From contig JAQGDQ010000032.1 in the NCBI GenBank assembly GCA_030141605.1, positions 600,065 to 664,064 on the forward strand: a DNA stretch of 64,000 nucleotides. The letters run 5' to 3'. The stretch is from Tubiluchus corallicola (taxonomy: Eukaryota > Animalia > Priapulida). Shown here piece by piece: positions 27,801 to 41,975 of the stretch (within the stretch, counting starts at the first letter, position 1; the number at the start of each line of letters is the position of its first letter). The notes under the pieces are model-generated. The model made no database searches. It saw only the letters and a program-made list of their open reading frames with translations, and was not told where the DNA came from. Both the position numbers and the translations under genes were made by a program.

Positions 27801-27856
27801 AGCAATTATCAAGTCTGCTTCTTGATTTGGCCAATCAGACATATGGAAGGGATTGA
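6855..27856 (+). CDS. CNTLN: Centlein-like centrosomal coiled-coil protein, ~872 aa, 18 exons
   Basis: Phase-consistent GT-AG exons: 6855-6893, 9051-9169, 9616-9773, 11023-11180, 12751-12836, 13710-13827, 14296-14545, 15959-16011, 16475-16641 (5' junction uncertain), 18225-18354, 18636-18806, 22456-22587, 24061-24204, 24642-24739, 25102-25390, 25842-26066, 26409-26558, 27725-27856. Motifs resemble centlein as I recall it: RDRKIFQILAEKDAQIKTFE (human KDRKVLEILQVKDAKIQEFE), EHDNQQKRTLIE, AKQVASSILNLSVSDIEDIL (human AQTLAASILNISRSDLEEIL). Confidence 0.8.
8375..8480. repeat. (AAT)n followed by inverted (TTA)n microsatellite
   Basis: An AAT run, then an ATT/TTA run, forming an AT-rich palindrome. 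Confidence 0.85.
9799..10769. mobile_element. Non-autonomous MULE/foldback-like DNA transposon
   Basis: 10-bp direct repeat atttgtgaat at 9789-9798 and 10770-10779. Tandem GGAAAAAATGGCA-type units on the left are mirrored by TGCCATTTTTACC-type units on the right. Confidence 0.7.
16180..16368. mobile_element. ~190-bp pogo/Tc1-mariner-like MITE
   Basis: Left end tggtcaaatctcattataa versus right end ttataaagagatttgactg followed by TA; internal repeated ttataatgc...cgcttaatg. Confidence 0.65.
18977..19462. mobile_element. pogo/Tigger-like MITE with TA target duplication
   Basis: TA-cagtaggcgccgcttaa ... ttaagcggtgcctactg-TA; subterminal cggttaatagg repeats at both ends. Confidence 0.88.
19493..21797. 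mobile_element. Non-autonomous TTAA DNA transposon (Kolobok-like), ~500-bp imperfect TIRs
   Basis: TTAA at 19489-19492 and 21798-21801; ends gagtcattcc...ggaatgactc; inverted similarity of ~19493-19990 with ~21313-21797. RR...YY termini with a TTAA TSD fit Kolobok rather than piggyBac (CC ends). No transposase ORF. Confidence 0.85.
20113..20260. repeat. (CT/GT)n compound microsatellite inside the TTAA element
   Basis: tctctc/tgtctc run; it explains the spurious RE-rich ORFs at 20057-20358. Confidence 0.9.
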
Positions 27857-28228
27857 CAGAAATGGAGCTACGTCATTTCTTAGACTCTCAGTTTAAAAGT
27901 TCTTGTACTATTTTAATATTTCGGAGTTGCAAGTTTTGAGCATTTTCTAAGTGTGGTATAATTTTTACATATTTTTATTTTTATATTTTTGTTATATATA
28001 TAATTTTCCATTTGTTAAATTGGTGTAAAATGAAACGTGTCTGTGGTGTCATGCATTCGTTACTTAAAATGTTACTTTTCAGGAAACTTAATATTAGTAT
28101 TAATTTTGTATCAACATGTCTATTTTGTAAAATGTTTTTTACAAATATTTACTTACATTATTTACTTATAAATAAAAACTGAGATTATTCCAACAGTGCA
28201 TATCACGATAGAGAGATCTTTGGTGAAA

Positions 28229-31200
28229 TCATTTCTTGACGGACAGAGTCCGTTGTTTCTCCCCATGTTCCACAATTTTTTCTTGTATCCGCAAGCCTTT
28301 GCGTTTTCGTACGCTATTCATGTATTTTCTAGCTTGATTGTAAGAATCTGGCTTTTCGCCAAAATGGAGGTACTCTTCTTCTGTGGTGGGTTCCCAAAAT
28401 GGGTCTATATCAATAACCTGTGGAATTTTATAAAAAAAGCTAAATGAAATCATTTTTATTATGCATGTCCTAAATTGATTTGCTGTAAATTGCATTATTC
28501 TGGTGGTGTTTGAAGTCAACGTAAAGGTTCTGATTGAGGTGTTTATGTTTGCATTTTGCATCTAATCTACTATTTATATGTATTGAATTTAAAGTCGCTG
28601 TTGTTTAGATGCAGTTTACTTAATCTACTCTAGCAAGCAAATGGAAGCTGCAGTAATTCATCATCAGTAATGGTTCAAAAGAGTTTTAACCCTTAGAAGC
28701 TATGCATTAAAAATATGGAGTTCTCTAATGACGATGCAAAAATGCCTACATTCCAAACATGTGTATATTTTTTGGAAATGCGCCAAGCATGTAAACTTTA
28801 CACAATTTTGAGGATCTTTTCAAGATCTACAAATCCCACTCCAGCTTTGTTTACGATGATAATTGCCAGACTAGCTGTGTACGATAGTCCAAATTATAGG
28901 CAAAAATTCAAATTTGCGAAAACTGGTCCATGCTTAATCAAATTTCACAGCACCCAGCTTTAAAGTTTCAGCTAATTTCTTTGTAACACTGAAACAACAA
29001 ATATAGTATCTAACAAAAAAAATATAAAAGTTGTATGGATTTTGCATGGAATTATGAAAAATATAAAAAGTAGTATGGAATTTGCTTACCGTTAGACTTT
29101 TTAACAGAAAATGAGAACTAAGTTTTTTGAGCATAATGCAAAGAATTACACTACACTCTTTATTCAAGGAAAGTATTTCTGCCTTAGTTATTAGTAATTT
29201 AAAATGCTCGCGCCAAATGGTAAAATGTCACTGACTTACTTTCCCAATGACAACCATTTACTCGCCAAAAACATCTTTTATCTTATTGAAAAGATGCAAT
29301 AATTTATACTTTTGCTTAGTTTGCTACAAAATTTTAAGACGAATTTGCTTAGTTTCATGCAAGCAAAGGGTTTTCTTGTGCTTTAAGCTAGTCACACGTG
29401 AAAGCTAATTGTTTTGACAGTCTTTTGTAAATACTCTTACCTCCCAGTGGCTGAATACAAGTTGTGGCATAGCTAAACCACTTGTACGTTTTCGTATGTC
29501 TTCCGCAAATCCAATACTTTCTGCTACAGGCAGCACAGCAGTAATACTGAATATCTGAGAACCTTCTTTCATGTCCTCACTTAAAACACGGCCATTTCGT
29601 TTGGATAACACAGCATAGACACGACCTGTTTAAAATATATATTGAATTATCAATTTTGATCTATAAGGTTCAATCATTTTGGTTTATTTATGTCACATTG
29701 TTTATACTAGCAGTGAACTACAAAAGGAAACTGGTCATGCAGTTCATGTTAAATTACAATTTAGTATCACCTGTTAAGCTATTGCTATTGACAGCAGTGT
29801 AATAACTTGTACATGGAAGCTATTGAACAATGAAATGTGATTTGTTTCAGAACTTGTGCAATACTGTCTTTATAGTTTCTACACAAAGCTTTTATGATGA
29901 CAGACAGTAAAGTGTAACAAAGTACGAAAAATTTTGCTCAAAGACAACAACTTGCTTTGATTACAAAAAGGCTAAGTGGAATCAATCTATTTTTAAATTG
30001 GTGCTTATCTTTATCGGCTACTAAATGTGTATGTTTCTTCCATTAAGAATCATCTCCATACTGTAAATATGTAGTAGCTTCCTGGATTATAAAAGTGACT
30101 GCGCAATGATATTACCTAATACTTCAGCAGTAGCCTGGATAACACAAGAGTACATGGCCGCCATCAGCCTTTGCGGTTGTAGCTGGAATGCCCTCCGGCA
30201 TCCGTCTTTTACCGCTGACATTAATTGTCCAGATATGGGTCCATGAATTTTATGTTTCAATAGATCGTCAACTGTAACCAGCTGCATTGCGGAATCCGAA
30301 GATGTCACTAAAGTTGAAGGCTCACAAATGTCTTCTATATTTTCTTGTTGGCAATCAATTGAATCTGAATGGTTTTCCAACTCGGAGGACAAACTCTTAC
30401 TAACTTCACACGTCAATATCATGTTATCATTCGTAAAACCTGCAGCCACTCGCGATTTCTCATCACTGTCATAGTTACACTCTGAGATGGTTTCTAAATT
30501 TCCGGAAGATTCTAACACTTTATTTTCAGTAGTCAAACCAAAATCATCAATTATAAAACAAACCCCTGACATTGGTTCTTCACACAGTGGCCCGTTAAAA
30601 GCTGCGAGTTGAAAACCATTTACAATACTGTTATCATAAGCATTTAGTACTTGCAGTCTTTTAGAAAGTGCAGTGCTTGGTGAACAGCTTTTTGCTGGCG
30701 TAGCATCTTCTGTAAGCCAATCCCACAATGACATCCTGTAAATCCAGACACTATAAATTTGTGCTGCTTTTTACCAAATGGACCACATGTTCTTGTTCTC
30801 GAAATAATGCAAACTAATGGCATTAGTAACCTTGAGAGCTGATTTAAGCCAGTGATATTAGCTTTAAAAAATTTAAAACAAAATTCATGCAGCAAAATAA
30901 ACAAAAATATTTTATGTACCAAAAATGTAGGAGTTTTCTGTATCATTGTACTACAATAAACCCAACCTGTTATAATCGCGTATCTTGTTAACCAGAATAT
31001 TTGGGCCATTTCTCTGTGGTCCAAAAGCCCAGATGTCGTCAGTAATGCCCTTCCACCGTTCTTTGTCATCTTCTTCAAATGCAGATTCCAACTGCTGTTT
31101 CAATTCGAGTAGATGGTTCACAGTTTCCAAAGAAAGTTCTCCTTTAAACTTTACTCTTTCAGATTCTCTTAAACTACTGTAATTGACTAAAGCAAAAAGA

Positions 31201-34200
31201 GGTGAATTTAAACATCTAAAGATTTGAAGCAGCTCAGCTTATAAAGCTTTTTTCCTGTCAGAAGGTATTACAACACCATATTGCCTTTACAACACTCAAT
31301 ACTTAAACTTCGTAAAAAATTTATCATTGAACCAATAAAAGCTATAAAGTACCTTTAAAAGATCATTGCAATCTGGTGTTATTGGCTACAACAAGAATTG
31401 AACTAAAAGAGGTTAAAAAGAATATCTGTGAAACAGACAAAACATTTTAAGACTTTATTCTCTTATAAGCGTAATATGTGGACTATTTAGTATTCAGAAA
31501 TATATATGAGAAACGATTTTACCAATGAACGCCTTCCCTACTGGTACATATATTTACCCATCATCTGTGACGGGTAAGAGCAAAGCCTTATTAACTTAAG
31601 TTCAATAAAATTTGGAAAAGAAACGACCAACATACAAGCAAACCATATAAGAACAAAATAAATTCTGTTGTTTTCAGTATTTAAACAAGTTTTTTTGCAA
31701 ACTGATGAATAAAAATTTTGCTTTGCACTTGCACTGGTCATCATCAGCGAACATTGATATGCCCTGCTACGCTCATTAGCTCAGGCTATCATTAGCATGC
31801 TAAGGTAATTTTTGTTGCACCTGAGCGTGTATTCACGCAACCAGTGCTGAATAGTACTGTAAGTGTAAGCAGACCAAATGTTTCATTTGCACAACGGGAA
31901 CCAAGGCCCACTCAGAAGACCTTATCAGCAATGGAAATGCAAGCTCTTATATTTGGCCCTAATGACAGCTAAATTGTTTTAGATAATAATTCATCTGAAG
32001 TGCCTGGAGAATGTAAAGTCTATTTTACTACAATTAGTACGGTGACATTTATTTGTGTTATGATATTATGTGAAAAAAAATTGCTAGCAATTTGTCTTTT
32101 TTAAATTTGTAATGATTTCACATTTTGATCACACTAGCAGTTACTGTTATTGGGCAGAATGGGATAGCAACCTGTTAGATGCATGCACTGCAGTAATTTT
32201 TTACTTGCTAACAACAAGTTTGCTGTCAGATTTTGTCTTTCAGGCAGTGCAACATTCATTGCAACTGAAAAAAATTCACTACCTGAATAAACAGCAAGTA
32301 AATAAATGCACACTATATATATATATATATATATATATAGCTACTTATCCTACAGGGGATGCTGTCTATCACTTCAACAGTGCACAGGCCCATCGTTATA
32401 ATTAGCTGCAGTCAGCGCATGGCAGACCCACCTGCAGCAAGCTGTTACATTCCTGTACAAATTTTGCAACACCTTGGCACGTTTAAATAGCTGTCAAATT
32501 TACAAAGTTAAAGTGATTTCAATGCTTTTTGTACAAAAACTGCTTAGTCTGTATGTTGAACATTTTGAGATACAAGCTGTCACTTGGAAACTAGAAGGCT
32601 TTGAAACAAAAATTCTGAGAAAATTTCGCATCAGCTTGTTAATTATTCAAAGAAATAAAAGACGCTAAGCATTTTATTTACAGTGCTAGAAAGAAAATTT
32701 AATTTTCTCAAAAAATATGTAGTTTTGTACTAGTGTCTCACGCAATAAGGCCGCTATGGGCATTTTTGTATGGGGATGTCAAAACTACACAAATATCCAC
32801 CGACGTGAAGGAGTTAAAGCTCAAATAAAAACGGTGGTGCAGAAAGTGCTTAGTATGAATTTAGGACAGACGATTTAAACTAACATAAGAAAACGTCAGC
32901 GCACAAATGTTATGACAATACTGATTAAGTTTGCAACCAACTCATTTAATTTCACAAACTTTTCATTTAATTTTAGCTATGTTTACTTTAAACTTTCATA
33001 CCTAACGTTTTTAATAGATTCACGCTGGTTTCAAGTCTTTTTGTGACAGCAGATGGCAGAGGTACGGCCCAGATCCGTATAGAACACAGTCCGTTTTTAG
33101 TTTTTACTTCAACAAAATCCTGCTTAGTTTTTGATTTGGATTCTTCTTCGCTATAGTTAAATCTAAAAAAATGAGGAGGACAAATGAAGAAAAGTTAAAC
33201 AAAACTGATACAATAATGTAGCAAGGGAAGGCCACCACCCACACTACTTTTAAAAAGTAATGACTTTTGGGAAATATTTCCAGTTAAAACTGGAATAATT
33301 TGTTAAATGCAATGGTTTACATGTGCAATAAATTTTGGCAATCTTAAGAAGCTAATTATTAAAAGCATCATAATATTCCTTACCTTATCTCTTTATTTGT
33401 TGTTTCTTCTATTACTTCATTAACCATGTCGACTTTTGGCTTTGGAATAATGGTCTCTCTAAAAGGAACTATAGGAGGTGACACATTGACGGAAATTCCT
33501 GCAAACCTGCAAATGAAATTCAATTTTTGCTAAAAAATAACCTTGATACAAAATTGCTGCAATATAAAATTACTGGTCACGATTCCGAGAATAACAGAAA
33601 TGAATTTCCATCGTACCCATCTTTGTCCCCATATTTATTAAAGAATAAGCATGTGACATGTGTTCTTATCACTGCATATCTTGTTTAATACCATACACAA
33701 AAAATTTAATGCCATATGAATTTATAGCTTTTAACAGTTTGTTTGCCATGCTATCAAAATAGCGCCATATTTAAAAAAGCCATATCTTGTCACCTTTCAC
33801 GGAGATCATCTAAGCAACGCTTCAGATGTACCTCCCCCGCAGTAATCAGAATATGTTCACCTGTCTGTTGTACCAGCATCTGTACACAAGGATCGGCTTG
33901 ATTTAGTAATCTCATTCCCTTTAGCAATAATGAAGTCTCAGCTGTAAGTTTATAGTATAAAACATTCATTATACAAATACTACACGTGCCATCAAACATA
34001 CATCCTGGCACCACAATACATATACTTCAAACAGAATCCTTAACTGTAAAGATATATTACTCCTAATAAGTAGTGTGAATATTTTTCATAAACTGCAAAA
34101 TCCATTTTGTTATCATAGTAGACATATTGTCTATATATAAAGCAAAGATTAAATGTAGAACTAACAAAAGATAAAACATAGACAGTGAAAATGATTATAG

Positions 34201-37200
34201 ATGCAAACTGAGCAGCATATTTTATACAATCACATTTGGAAGGACACCAAGTAATCTTACAAGGATGAGTTGGTTCAAGAGCAACCCTGAGAATTGGAGC
34301 AGCTGTCACGTATATGTCAGTAAACGCTGGACAAGCTATCGTACTGGCAACAGTCGCAGACTTGAGAATATGATCCTCTAAGCCAGCTATGCCTGAAAGC
34401 AAAAAACATCTTCACTGTAAAAAACATATGGGGACAATATTTTTACTACTTGCTATGCTTTTGTTTTGTTTTGTAGTATTTTGTTCGGTACTCAAAATGA
34501 CGAACAGCATTACATTGCAGTGCAAACTACATACACATTTTAATAGGCTTAAACTAGAAATGCCTTGCATTCATTATTTGTATCACATGTCTAGTTCTTG
34601 TCAGCATCTGCATGTTGTAATAAGTATGAGCTATAAAGCAATCAGTATCTCATGTTTTATTAAAAAAAATCTTTGACCTACATATCAAAATAAAACTTAT
34701 ATGAAATTTTTAACTTAGCATTGATAGACTTTACTAATAAAAAAGCTCATAAAATTCTACTACTCAACAGTGAAATTTCTCTGCCTATATTAACCATTAT
34801 TCATAATATAAGATTTAATTGTGATAGTAATATTTAATATTGATAATAATAATAATAATAAAAATTACTATGACGGCCTTTTAGATGAAAAAAATCTCAC
34901 AAACATGTCTTCACATGTGGAACCCATAGATGATTTTAATAGTGCAATGATTTTGAAAGATTTTGAACTGAATTAAGAACATCATACCTAATACATTTCC
35001 AGCTGGTACTTTATCTAATTGTTCCAATTCTTTACCCATGAATAAAAACAGTGATCCAATAGTGCACACTGTAATATGTTGATGACTTTCAATGGTATGT
35101 ATATTTGTTTCAGTGCCAATACTTTCCACCTTAAACACATTTAAAACACATCAGTTATGCATAGTTAGTTTAGAGGTTTGTCGCATGAACTTTAACTAAG
35201 GTATACTAATGTATAACTGTTATAATCCACATTTAACAACTGAAATGTCAGTACATTTAAATGTCTTCATTTTATACTCACTCCTTCCAAAGCTTTGCGT
35301 GGATGGTGTTTTGGTCCCAATACAAACAGCTGCTTTCCTGGTTGGACTGTTCCACTAAAGATTCTAGCAAATGCTATAAAAACTGCATCATCTGCTGGAG
35401 ATGCATTGCTGTCAGGCAAATTGTTATCATAAAGATCAGTGCAATTTTCAGCAGCAGAAGGGTCCGTCTGTTCATTATCATTCAACTGAGCTTTAAGTTT
35501 TTCCGCGTGTCGTTGACGTGCAAGCTCTCTTCTCTGAGTAAGCTCCTCTTGAGTAAGAGGTCTAAAATAAACAGTAATGATAATTATTATTACCTTTCAT
35601 GGCATCATAGCCACCATCATCATTACAACCACACCACTGGCTTTGTCGAACTTTGCTCGTAGCTCTGCTAGTTTCTATTGAATAATTTTCTTCCATGTAA
35701 TATGCTCAATAGCAGAACACATTAACAAAAGAGGAAAGCATAACTAACTGATTTTTCTTTAAAAGGTCAATAAACAAATTTTTTAACTATCTTATACCAA
35801 GTATAGATATACAATTTAAATTTCAACTTGACCTATTAACATTATTTTTGTAAAATGTATTCAGAGTTATTAGCAAAAGGGATATTCATCTAGTATCGAA
35901 AGACACACGTTTTTAAAGCCTATTTTGCAGTTAAAAAGTTGGTTTACACTTGGTCTTTTGTTTTGGTGGGATGCTGTATTTCCAGTGATGATGAGGTAGA
36001 CTGGATCCATATTACATTTTAAAATTTTTCAGAATAAAATTAAGTTAAGCTATAAACAAGAAACCAAATTGTATTGGCTAATGTAAAAACCTTTCTTAAG
36101 TAAGTTGTCTTTCTAACCATTATTATTAGCTTATGCAGTTTATGTGTACTTTAAACAATTATAAAAAACTCCTATTTGACTACAATGAAACCACGACATA
36201 CTGCGCTCCAAATCTCAAAAATATTATTTACTTACATAGAAATTGGGTAATCAGATTTAGCACAACAAGTCAAATGCAAAAAAGTGATGAAACCAGCAGT
36301 AAAGGCAGGTATTTCAGACATAGAAAATGACTGCAAACCTTTGTTTATTTTCTGGCAAAGACATTCTGTCTACAGAAACCATCTTTGAGACGTATATTAT
36401 AATGGGTGCATCTTCACTTGGGTTGCAGTTCAAAAAATCTGAATAAAGAATAAGATTATAAGAAGCCTTATTTTCAGCTGTACTTCAAAATAGGTGTTAA
36501 AGATGAAACAGCATTAGCTCTGCCTACAAATGGGCTGGCAAATTTTGCAGAAAGACCAAAAGTTATCAATTCCAAGATAAACTATTACTCGCACAGGAAA
36601 TTTCCTAAAAGAAGTTAACCTTTGTCTAACTCAACATCAACATCAACATTAATGACCAAACAATATTTGACTTTAGCAAAAAGTTAAACTTTATGGGCGA
36701 TGACCAATTAGTCCATTACTTGACAAATTATTCTACATCCAGCTGATATTTTTAAATCTATCAATTATCCTTGCTTTGTTTGATGTTTAGAACAATTAAT
36801 ACTGTTTAGATTAAGGTCCAAAAATGCAATTTCCCGTCTTGCTTAATCAATGAAATTTGTAAAAACTGCGTGTTAAACCAGTATAAAAATCCCTGCGAAA
36901 AAGTAGCAAAATCACATCAACAATTATGCAACACAAGGCTGTATTTTGAAGTAGTTTTATTTAAATCAAGCAAGTGGCAAAGACAGTGGCTGAGAGGTCA
37001 CAGAGTCTGCTTGGGCATTATAGTTAGGTAGCACTGACAGTGGTTGACAAATAGGAGAGTGATCATCCAGTAATGGCTTCTGCGTATTACTCTCCGTCAT
37101 ATTGCCTCCAGCCTATTTCTCTTGTTGACGGAAAAGGTGTACACTCTTCTAAACATGGCCACAGTATGTTTGTTGCTCCTGTTTTAGAATAAAGAGTGTC

Positions 37201-40200
37201 TTGACAAAGAGCTATACTTTGGCTCTGCCATAGTCATTCAGCATTAGACAGCTTTTCTTTTAAGTGCTAGACTACAGTTGGCAGTGTGCTGAACTAGATA
37301 AGAAAGCCATAAATTTGTTCACATCAATTATTTCTCATAATGCAGGGCATACATATTATAAAACATAAGGAAAACCTTGTTTAAGTTGTTGGGTGGCATC
37401 AGGCATCACTTCAAACTTTTCCCCATGGCTACACATTAGTCTTTTTACTTTTTCTTCACTGATATCCAAAGGACTTGGCAACTTCTCACAAACCATTCCT
37501 GCAAAATGAAAAAACAAATATTACATACAGGCACCTAAAAGATGCTGGTGTGAATTAAAAAGCTCTCAACTGAAAATGCCAAATGTTTTCAAAAGTTTAC
37601 AATACTGTGAAACTGAATTTTAAATAAAAGCCTTTTGACAGCCTTTTCTTTATTTTATCCAGTTATTGTTCATTATTGAAACTTGGACATATCACGAAAT
37701 GTCTGAATTTCTTGCATACTTGAGTAAAGACTTAAAACATAACAAAAACACTGGCAAAGTGTTCTTTCAAGAATGGTAGAATGATTAAATAAAACTAATG
37801 AATTTCTTAGCTTTTAGTTGAAATAAAGGAGAAGCAGTTTCTTACTTTGCTACTAACACTGTATTTCTGAGTCACGATTTTTACGGTGAAGAAACTTCAT
37901 AGAAAAACATCAAATTACCTTAACGAGCAGCTGTCACAATTGTTTTGAGAAAAAGTACATAGGCAAAATTTGTTTTATAATTCTTAGGCTTTTTAAACAA
38001 AAAAATCAAGCAAGACATGTATCTTTTTTGAAATACAAGTCCACAACCTTTATGCTATTTACTTGTAATTCAAACTCATTACCATAAATGTACAGTGAAC
38101 CTTTCAGCTCTGCACTGCTGAGCAAAAAGTGACAATATTGCATCAATACAAGCAAAAAATAGCATTTGTTAATGCATAAAAAAGTTGCCTCATAAATCAA
38201 ATGTGTAAACACGCATTACGGTTCCATCCAGTATCTATTCTAACATATGGTGCAAATATGATGCGAATGCTTACCATCAAGAAAAAGATTCAGATAAACA
38301 TATAATAATATTCTAGTCCGCTCACCCAGTACAGCATCTGCTAATGGAAGCCACTGATTAAAGATAGCACGCAGATACACGTGCGAATCATTATGACGCG
38401 AGTCTCGTGCTGAAATCTTTAAGTTTAGAGATCTTTCTATTTTTTCAGCCATTGTTTTATCTCTACAAAAAGAAGATTTTAGGTAAATACAATTGTTGAA
38501 ATATGGAAGTGATGTCAGACTAACACACTAGACCACTACAGTATTCCACTGAATTACTAATACATATATATTACGCTAAACAGAATGCATCAAATAAAAA
38601 CAATTTTTACAATCACGTGCCCCCATATTTTGGCAAATACTTGAGTTTCTTATGCTGGCATTTTAAAGGTATGAAGTTCTGACAATGAAACTTTGATTGT
38701 TCCTTTTAATGATGGGTAAATGTGCACGGCTGCATGGTCAATAAATTTTCCATAAAAAGCAATTTCCTACAATGAAAACGCTATTGTGCTTATTATAAGT
38801 TATCTAGTCGAAAGTAACAGAATGAAAAAATTTATTTTTTGTAGCCGTGTCTTTCGCAAGACAATTATTATAATTATTAACCATCTGGAAACATAACTCA
38901 CCTTTTGAGAATTATAGCGTCGTATACTGACCAGATATTTTCCAGTACAAATTGAACAAACAAAGGCTTTTTACCTTTATTCTAGAAAAAAAACTTTTAA
39001 AGATTGTCAATTTCCTGAAATAAGTCTGTATTGTCAATTGATATCAGTGCAGGTTATGTAAAGCAGCTATGCAAAATTAAAAAAAACAAAAAAAAATAAA
39101 CTAATGTTTAAAAAAATCCAATGAAACTTGTTTAAAGTGAAGAAATGCCAAATGAACATATATACAGCTTGAAAATAACATAATTAAAAGACAAAACTTT
39201 TACTGCATATGTAAATGAGATAAGCTTGTCAGCATCTATTCAAAAATACGTGTTGCATTTTATCTAATCCAATCATGTACAAAAGAAAACCACACACCTT
39301 TGCTCCTTTGCATATTCGTTTTGTTTTGGAATTCAAGAAAAAATCACCCCACAGAGTTTTCTTCAATATGTCTGGGCGAATACTCAACTTTTTAGCATAA
39401 AGGAGAACAAAATGTTCAATCCTATAACAACAACATAAAAAATGCTATAACAATAAAAATGAGTCTCTAATCTAAAAATATTATTTTGCTTAACAGAAAG
39501 AATTTGGTTTATATAAATTAAGGTGAAAATTAAACATATCACAGAACACTGTGATTAAAAGGTTGAAAGTCTTACCCGAAAGCCCAGCCATCAAGTGCGC
39601 TAGCAAATACAACATTCCCTTGATCAGGAGAAAAATACAAGTTACTGTCATCAAGATCATCTAGTCCTACACTCCAATCATATATCTAAAAAAACAAAGA
39701 AAACCTTATAAGCACAGAGTTAATGCAGTAACTTCACTTCAAAATATTTCTTGTCCTCAGATGTGCGATCATTAGTGACATTTCTGTACAAAATCTATGA
39801 CAGTCAGCTATAAAAATGGATGCTTGTCCATTGAAATATTAGTGAAGGCAAGTTAGTGTGAAAAGTATGTGAAGTTTTGTTAAAGTAGCTCTAGCTCGAA
39901 GACAGAAGTAATTAGAGACTGTGGTCTCAAAACTGCCGCCAATGTATTAATCTACAAACTGCAAGAAAATTCTGTGCCGTTTGCACTATATAATAACTAG
40001 AAATGTTAACAATGACGATACATATTAATGAAAAGCAATAACTACATTATCAAAGTTAAGCAATTTTGTTACTATCATTATTTAGTAAAGTGTTTGGACA
40101 ACACAAAAAGTGACTGAATAAAACTATTAAAGGACCTTAAAAACCAACATTATAATAAACTGCACTTAGTGGAAATAAAAAAGTTGTAATATAAACTGCA

Positions 40201-41975
40201 CAAACAAAAGAAAACTTTTGTATGTATACATGCTGTTCGTCTGCAGCTGGTGACACCCGCTTCTGGGGTGCATCATCTTTCTCTAAAACATCAGATAAGA
40301 AAAGTTCACCAGTGAATGCATTAATTTCCTCCAAAATATTCTGCAAGTGAAGGTGTGCCTCAAACGGTGACATCTGCAGCTGGCAAACTAAACGATCGAT
40401 TTTATTCAAAACCAGAACAGGTTTAACCTGTTCAGTCCATGCTTGCTGAAGAACAACTTTTGTCTGAAATGAAATTTAGAAACTGTACTTATAATAGATA
40501 CGCTATTAGAGTATTATTTATTATTATTTGCTACTTTTTTCACTTCCTTGGCAAAAATAAAATACCTGAGGACATATTCCCTCCACGACATCAACAACAA
40601 TAATTGCTCCATCACACAGACGTACAGCCGTCGAAACTTCACTAGAAAAATCGACATGACCAGGAGAATCTATCAAGTTAATGAGGAAACCCTTGTCGTC
40701 TGTAAGAAAAATCACAACGTAAAAACTAAACCTATGAGTTTTAATGTCCATTTTCCTACTTTGCTGGGCCAATTACACACAAGTGCAAAATGAGTCATGA
40801 AAAGAAGTTTCATTATTGATAAGCTTCTTTGTGTTTTACTACGCAAGAGTATGGCTTTCCCATACCTCTAAGCTTTTAACTTTCAAAAGCATAATAAGCT
40901 ATCCAAGGAGCTGTTAACAGCAGTTCGACAGATGGCTTGTCATGGCACGGAAGAGAGAACTAAAACAAATTCTTCTTAGAATACCTAAGAAGCTTTTACG
41001 TGCATAAGAATGTTAATTGCCAGTCTCTGAGTTGGCAAAAAGAATTTCTTTATTTTACCTTTTTTGTAGCTAAGAGCTATTGCACTAGATTTCATTGTTA
41101 TTCCTCTTTCTTGTTCATCTTTTCTGCTGTCCATGTATCTCACCTAAGCCAAAAAGAAATGCATTGGTAGTCAACTCGGTTGTATAGTAAAAGGCCCATA
41201 ATCACAACGTATAACTACAATTTCAAAAACAAGTTTCAAAGTGGTATGTTGAAGAATAACTAAATGCAAACTTGCTAAAAGAAATCAAATCAACAAATTT
41301 CGAGTTTAGTTGATATGGCTGCAGTAGTCCTCTAATACGGACAGCTATTTCTTACAGTGGTGCTTCCAGAATACTAAACCTACCTATTTTAAACTTTCAA
41401 TGGGACGCGACACTGAAACTATAAGTGACAAAAAAAAATAATTTATCCTCAGAATTTTATAACAAGATTAATGAGTTTTTCTCTCCTGGATCATCCAGTA
41501 TCATACAACATTTGCGTAACTAAACCAGCTAAATTAATGTTAACTTTTAAATGTTTTGTCCACTTGATCCTCTGTAAACTTAAGATTAAAATATATAACA
41601 AACCTTTCCAGCCAAACGTTTAGAAATGATCCCATTGCTTGCAATGAGTGAATCAGCCATTGTTGTTTTTCCTATAACCATTAAAACATGATGTAACTAA
41701 TCCATCCTGTCAGTCAAACTAAAGTTCAGGCTAATTATCCAATGAGCTGAAAACAGCTACTCACACAAAAAATAACAAGTTTGTTAGTAATAACTCTGCT
41801 AGCCATCTTAACAAAACTGAATAAAAAAAGTTTTCAGTTTTCTAGTTGTTGTTTTTACAAAAACAGTAAAACATATAAGCTTACCATGATCAACATGGGC
41901 CAAAATACAAATATTTCGTATGCAAGAAGGATATTGTTGAAGTGATGTTATATCTTGTACACCCAAAGACTTCAT
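28229..41975 (-). CDS. EFL1: Elongation factor-like GTPase 1 (EFL1/EFTUD1/Ria1), ~21 exons
   Basis: ATG at 41975. G-domain motifs across exons: [13 protein letters not shown]|[42 protein letters not shown]. Later motifs [62 protein letters not shown], and C-terminal [26 protein letters not shown]; TGA at 28229-28231. The C-terminus distinguishes it from eEF2. Confidence 0.96.
28690..29370. mobile_element. Possible decayed piggyBac-like MITE in the last EFL1 intron
   Basis: TTAA-CCCTT left end; AAGGG right end followed by TTTT instead of TTAA; only a short TIR match. Confidence 0.3.

Noticed and set aside
30240-30540. Acidic, Ser-rich insertion in EFL1
   Set aside because: A variable low-complexity insertion in this region is normal for EFL1 orthologs.
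31674-31746. Possible C/D snoRNA in an EFL1 intron (ATGATGA...CTGA, minus strand)
   Set aside because: Poor terminal stem and no recognisable rRNA-antisense element.
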